In this document: positions 47,185-48,960 of the stretch, in pieces | Position numbering within the stretch: the first letter of the stretch is position 1 | Layout: each line of letters opens with the position of its first letter | Source: a virus | Length of the DNA: 48,960 nt | IMG/VR virus record: IMGVR_UViG_3300009156_000007 | Strand: one strand, 5' to 3' | Position numbers and translations under genes: made by a program | Notes under the pieces: model-generated | The model's input: only the letters and a program-made list of their open reading frames with translations | Told to the model about the DNA's origin: nothing | The model's database searches: none

Positions 47185-47445
47185 TCAGTCGAGGGGGACG
47201 AGATCGGTGAGCAAGATGCCGAACACCTTGCGATTGGGGAACGGCGTCGATTCGAGTCCGGGGTTGTCCTCGGCCGTGATGAGCACGGTGCAGGTCGGCG
47301 GGTCTCCTTCGCTGTAGGAGTAGAGGTGGACGATATGATCGGTGGTGGTGAGGCGGTACGTGCCGGGTGGACGGAAGCGGATTGCGTCTTGGATGGCCGG
47401 CGGTCGTTCCTTGAACCAGTCGCTTTCGACGTCGAAGTCTGTCAT
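47185..47445 (-). CDS. Hypothetical acidic protein (86 aa)
   Basis: Internal ATG 47445 of ORF 47185..47538, with GGAGGG upstream. ATGA overlap with the upstream RHH gene. Confidence 0.65.
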   Translation of the reverse strand: MTDFDVESDWFKERPPAIQDAIRFRPPGTYRLTTTDHIVHLYSYSEGDPPTCTVLITAEDNPGLESTPFPNRKVFGILLTDLVPLD

Positions 47446-47648
47446 CGGGGATCCCCCTCCTCGATCGGTGCCAACCATTTGTTCTGTTCCTTCTGCGGCA
47501 GCTTGCGGAATTCGCGGCGGATCGTGACGTGGATCCATCGGTTCATGCTCAGGCCGTCTCGGGCGGCGAGGGCGTGGAGCTGGGCGTAGGTGTCCGGGTC
47601 GTTGAACTTGAGGCTGAGGCTGGGGCGGGCGTTGTTTTTGGTGGTCAT
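47442..47648 (-). CDS. Ribbon-helix-helix (Arc/CopG-like) DNA-binding protein (68 aa)
   Basis: PSLSLKFNDPDTYAQLHALAARDGLSMNRWIHVTIRREF fits the strand-helix-helix pattern. Confidence 0.65.
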   Translation of the reverse strand: MTTKNNARPSLSLKFNDPDTYAQLHALAARDGLSMNRWIHVTIRREFRKLPQKEQNKWLAPIEEGDPR

Positions 47649-47684
47649 GACGTGGGCTCCTCGATCGAACGGATGGTCGTTAGA

Positions 47685-47891
47685 TCAATTGGTGAACGGC
47701 CCGAGGGCGGCGCGTGTGTGCTCGCCGATCTCGTCCATGGGTCCAGCAATTCCGGTATTCAGGGAGTAGGTCACGGCATCGGCAACGCTGCGATGCGTGT
47801 AGCGGTTCACGGTCTGCCCGGTGTCGGTGTTGATGACGGCGTAGGGGAAGGTATCGGTTTGTTCGTTTCCGTCGATCGTGGTGCGGTACAT
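47685..47891 (-). CDS. Hypothetical protein (68 aa)
   Basis: Clean ORF in the - strand operon. Confidence 0.55.
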   Translation of the reverse strand: MYRTTIDGNEQTDTFPYAVINTDTGQTVNRYTHRSVADAVTYSLNTGIAGPMDEIGEHTRAALGPFTN

Positions 47892-47966
47892 GGTATGCTC
47901 ACAATCTCCTGTCTTGATCCGGTGGGAGGCGGGCGGGGTGGTCCATCCATCCCGCCCTGTCTGTGT

Positions 47967-48293
47967 CTAGGCAGATACGGGCAAGGCATCCTCCAGCTCG
48001 CAGGCGGCGTCGACGATCAACCGCCAGGCTTCTTGATCGCGGTCCATCCATCCGAATCGCTCGGCGTCGTCGTGGTGGGCAATGGCGAGGTCGATGATCC
48101 CGGCGGCATCCCTGACAGCCTTGTCGGCCATCTCGATTTCGGATTGCATGTCCCGCACGACATCGGAAACGTTGTCTAGGATTTCATCGAAGAGGTCTCG
48201 GAAATCGGTGGCGGTCATTCCGGCATTGGCGAAGTCAGCAGCGAGGCTATTCATGCGGGCGAAGATGGAGTCGATGCGTTCACTGTGATTCAT
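47967..48293 (-). CDS. Hypothetical acidic helical protein (108 aa)
   Basis: Internal ATG 48293 of ORF 47967..48404, with AAAGGA upstream. The upstream codons overlap a hairpin and read as low-complexity sequence. Confidence 0.6.
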   Translation of the reverse strand: MNHSERIDSIFARMNSLAADFANAGMTATDFRDLFDEILDNVSDVVRDMQSEIEMADKAVRDAAGIIDLAIAHHDDAERFGWMDRDQEAWRLIVDAACELEDALPVSA

Positions 48294-48337
48294 CGTGGTA
48301 TCCTTTCGGTTCCTATCTGCTGATCCGGGTGGGACGG

Positions 48338-48359
48338 GGGAGGGCTGCAAGGCCCTCCC
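48338..48359. terminator. Hairpin GGGAGGGC / GCCCTCCC between two - strand genes
   Basis: 8-bp GC stem with a 6-nt loop. The T-tract (TTTGTTGT) is on the + strand side, so it would terminate + strand (antisense) transcription better than - strand transcription. Confidence 0.35.
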
Positions 48360-48370
48360 TTTGTTGTGGG

Positions 48371-48661
48371 CTAGCGAGTCACCTCCGTGTACACGACGTG
48401 CCACAGTTCGAATGGTGACACCGCGACATCATCGGGTTCGCAGTTGGTGCAGAGTTGGATCGTGTCATCGGAGATTGGGTAGTAGACCAAGCGGGCGTCG
48501 GTGTCGTCTCTGCGGCATCGGGTGCAATAGCCCAAGTCTTCGGGCGCTTGCATCGGATAGATGTCCTGCTCGTCTCTCCAGTCTCCGTAGCCGATTTCGT
48601 TGCCGTCTGCGTCGTATTCGGTGAACGTTCCGTCGTCGTGGCGGGTGATCGTGGTTTCCAT
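48371..48661 (-). CDS. Zinc-ribbon protein (96 aa)
   Basis: Internal ATG 48661 of ORF 48371..48751, with an AGGAGA RBS. CTRC...CTNC pattern. It is the first gene downstream of the - strand promoter. Confidence 0.6.
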   Translation of the reverse strand: METTITRHDDGTFTEYDADGNEIGYGDWRDEQDIYPMQAPEDLGYCTRCRRDDTDARLVYYPISDDTIQLCTNCEPDDVAVSPFELWHVVYTEVTR

Positions 48662-48722
48662 GGTCCTGTCTCCTATCGGTGATCCGGGTGCCTCTGGAGT
48701 GTTCCGTCTCTCCATTGACCCT

Positions 48723-48751
48723 ATAGTATCCCATGTGGGAGTCGTTGTCAA
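48723..48751 (-). promoter_or_regulatory. Canonical leftward promoter TTGACA-N17-TACTAT (read on the - strand)
   Basis: The reverse complement of 48746-48751 is TTGACA and the reverse complement of 48723-48728 is TACTAT, with an exactly 17-nt spacer. The hexamers are identical to the promoter at 39081-39109. Confidence 0.72.
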
Positions 48752-48789
48752 CCCCTAATACAGGGCAATATCGGACCAATATTCTGGCG

Positions 48790-48798
48790 TGCTAGACT
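48790..48798 (+). promoter_or_regulatory. Extended -10 element TGCTAGACT immediately upstream of the terS-like start codon
   Basis: The -10 ends 7 nt before ATG 48806 and no Shine-Dalgarno lies between them. This implies a leaderless or near-leaderless mRNA. Confidence 0.5.
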
Positions 48799-48805
48799 AC
48801 GGGCT

Positions 48806-48960
48806 ATGAGCATGGATATTGCGAAACTGCCAAACAGCAGCACGGTCCCTCGGGGCCGGCGGTACACGGCTGAGGAAAAGGAAGCTGCCTACGACCTGTG
48901 GCGGATCGCTGCGGGTCGCAGCTGCACGGCGGTTGCGCGACGCTTGGGCATCGAACGCAA
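48806..48960 (+). CDS. terS: Terminase small subunit-like HTH protein, 5' portion (continues at base 124 of the window in the circular molecule)
   Basis: ATG 48806 (MSMDIAKLPNSSTVPRGRRYTAEEKEAAYDLW...) is in frame with 2..514 through the 123-bp overlap. Confidence 0.6.
   Translation, partial: MSMDIAKLPNSSTVPRGRRYTAEEKEAAYDLWRIAAGRSCTAVARRLGIER
48838..48960. repeat. Terminal direct repeat copy B (identical to 1-123)
   Basis: Same as copy A. Confidence 0.95.

Larger units (their letters stand above)
1..48960. mobile_element. Complete circularly closed genome of a GC-rich temperate tailed phage (unique length 48,837 bp), podovirus-like gene content
   Basis: The two window ends overlap by an exact 123 bp. 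One replicon carries packaging, head, tailspike, lysis, integrase/repressor, recombination and replication modules. No tape measure, tail tube or sheath candidates were seen. Confidence 0.85.

Overview
The window is one complete, circularly closed genome of a GC-rich temperate tailed phage. Bases 1-123 are identical to 48838-48960, so the unique length is 48,837 bp, and a terS-like gene runs across the junction.

Gene order on the + strand:
- terS-like gene, then a 426-bp ORF-free gap and an HNH endonuclease on the - strand.
- Small genes, then terL and portal.
- A four-gene post-portal block: 281 aa, 127 aa, a fused SLT/M23 peptidoglycan hydrolase, and a 2142-aa giant protein.
- One small - strand gene, then scaffold and major capsid protein.
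- Small head/neck genes, two beta-helix tailspike-like proteins, and a 900-aa protein with a long Ala/Thr/Pro repeat region.
- Further tail proteins and a lysis region crowded with membrane proteins around a two-domain endolysin.
- An Rv2179c-like DEDDh exonuclease with its own promoter-like element.
- Tyrosine integrase (-) and XRE repressor (-), followed by a canonical rightward promoter.
- An early operon: RHH cro-like protein, C5 methyltransferase, Xis-like HTH, micro-ORFs, Rad52-like annealase, replication initiator with internal iterons, N6/N4 methyltransferase, RusA, and zinc-finger proteins.
- A convergent five-gene - strand operon.

I saw no tape measure, tail tube, sheath, DNA polymerase, tRNA, rRNA or CRISPR array. 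The gene content therefore looks podovirus-like.

Features not explained by ordinary annotation:
- An asymmetric TAACGACAG element occurs only in three intergenic promoter regions, always on the + strand. Two of these are near-identical two-copy promoter cassettes.
- A well-supported antisense gene sits between the giant gene and the scaffold gene, flanked by that element.
- A giant post-portal protein module lies upstream of the scaffold and capsid genes.
- A roughly 510-bp ORF-poor gap is full of GC-rich hairpins.
- The coding frame switches inside the first lysis-region gene.
- A family of extended -10 promoters includes one that implies a leaderless terS mRNA.

All functional calls rest on motifs read by eye, synteny, start/RBS context and third-position GC. 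No database search was possible.
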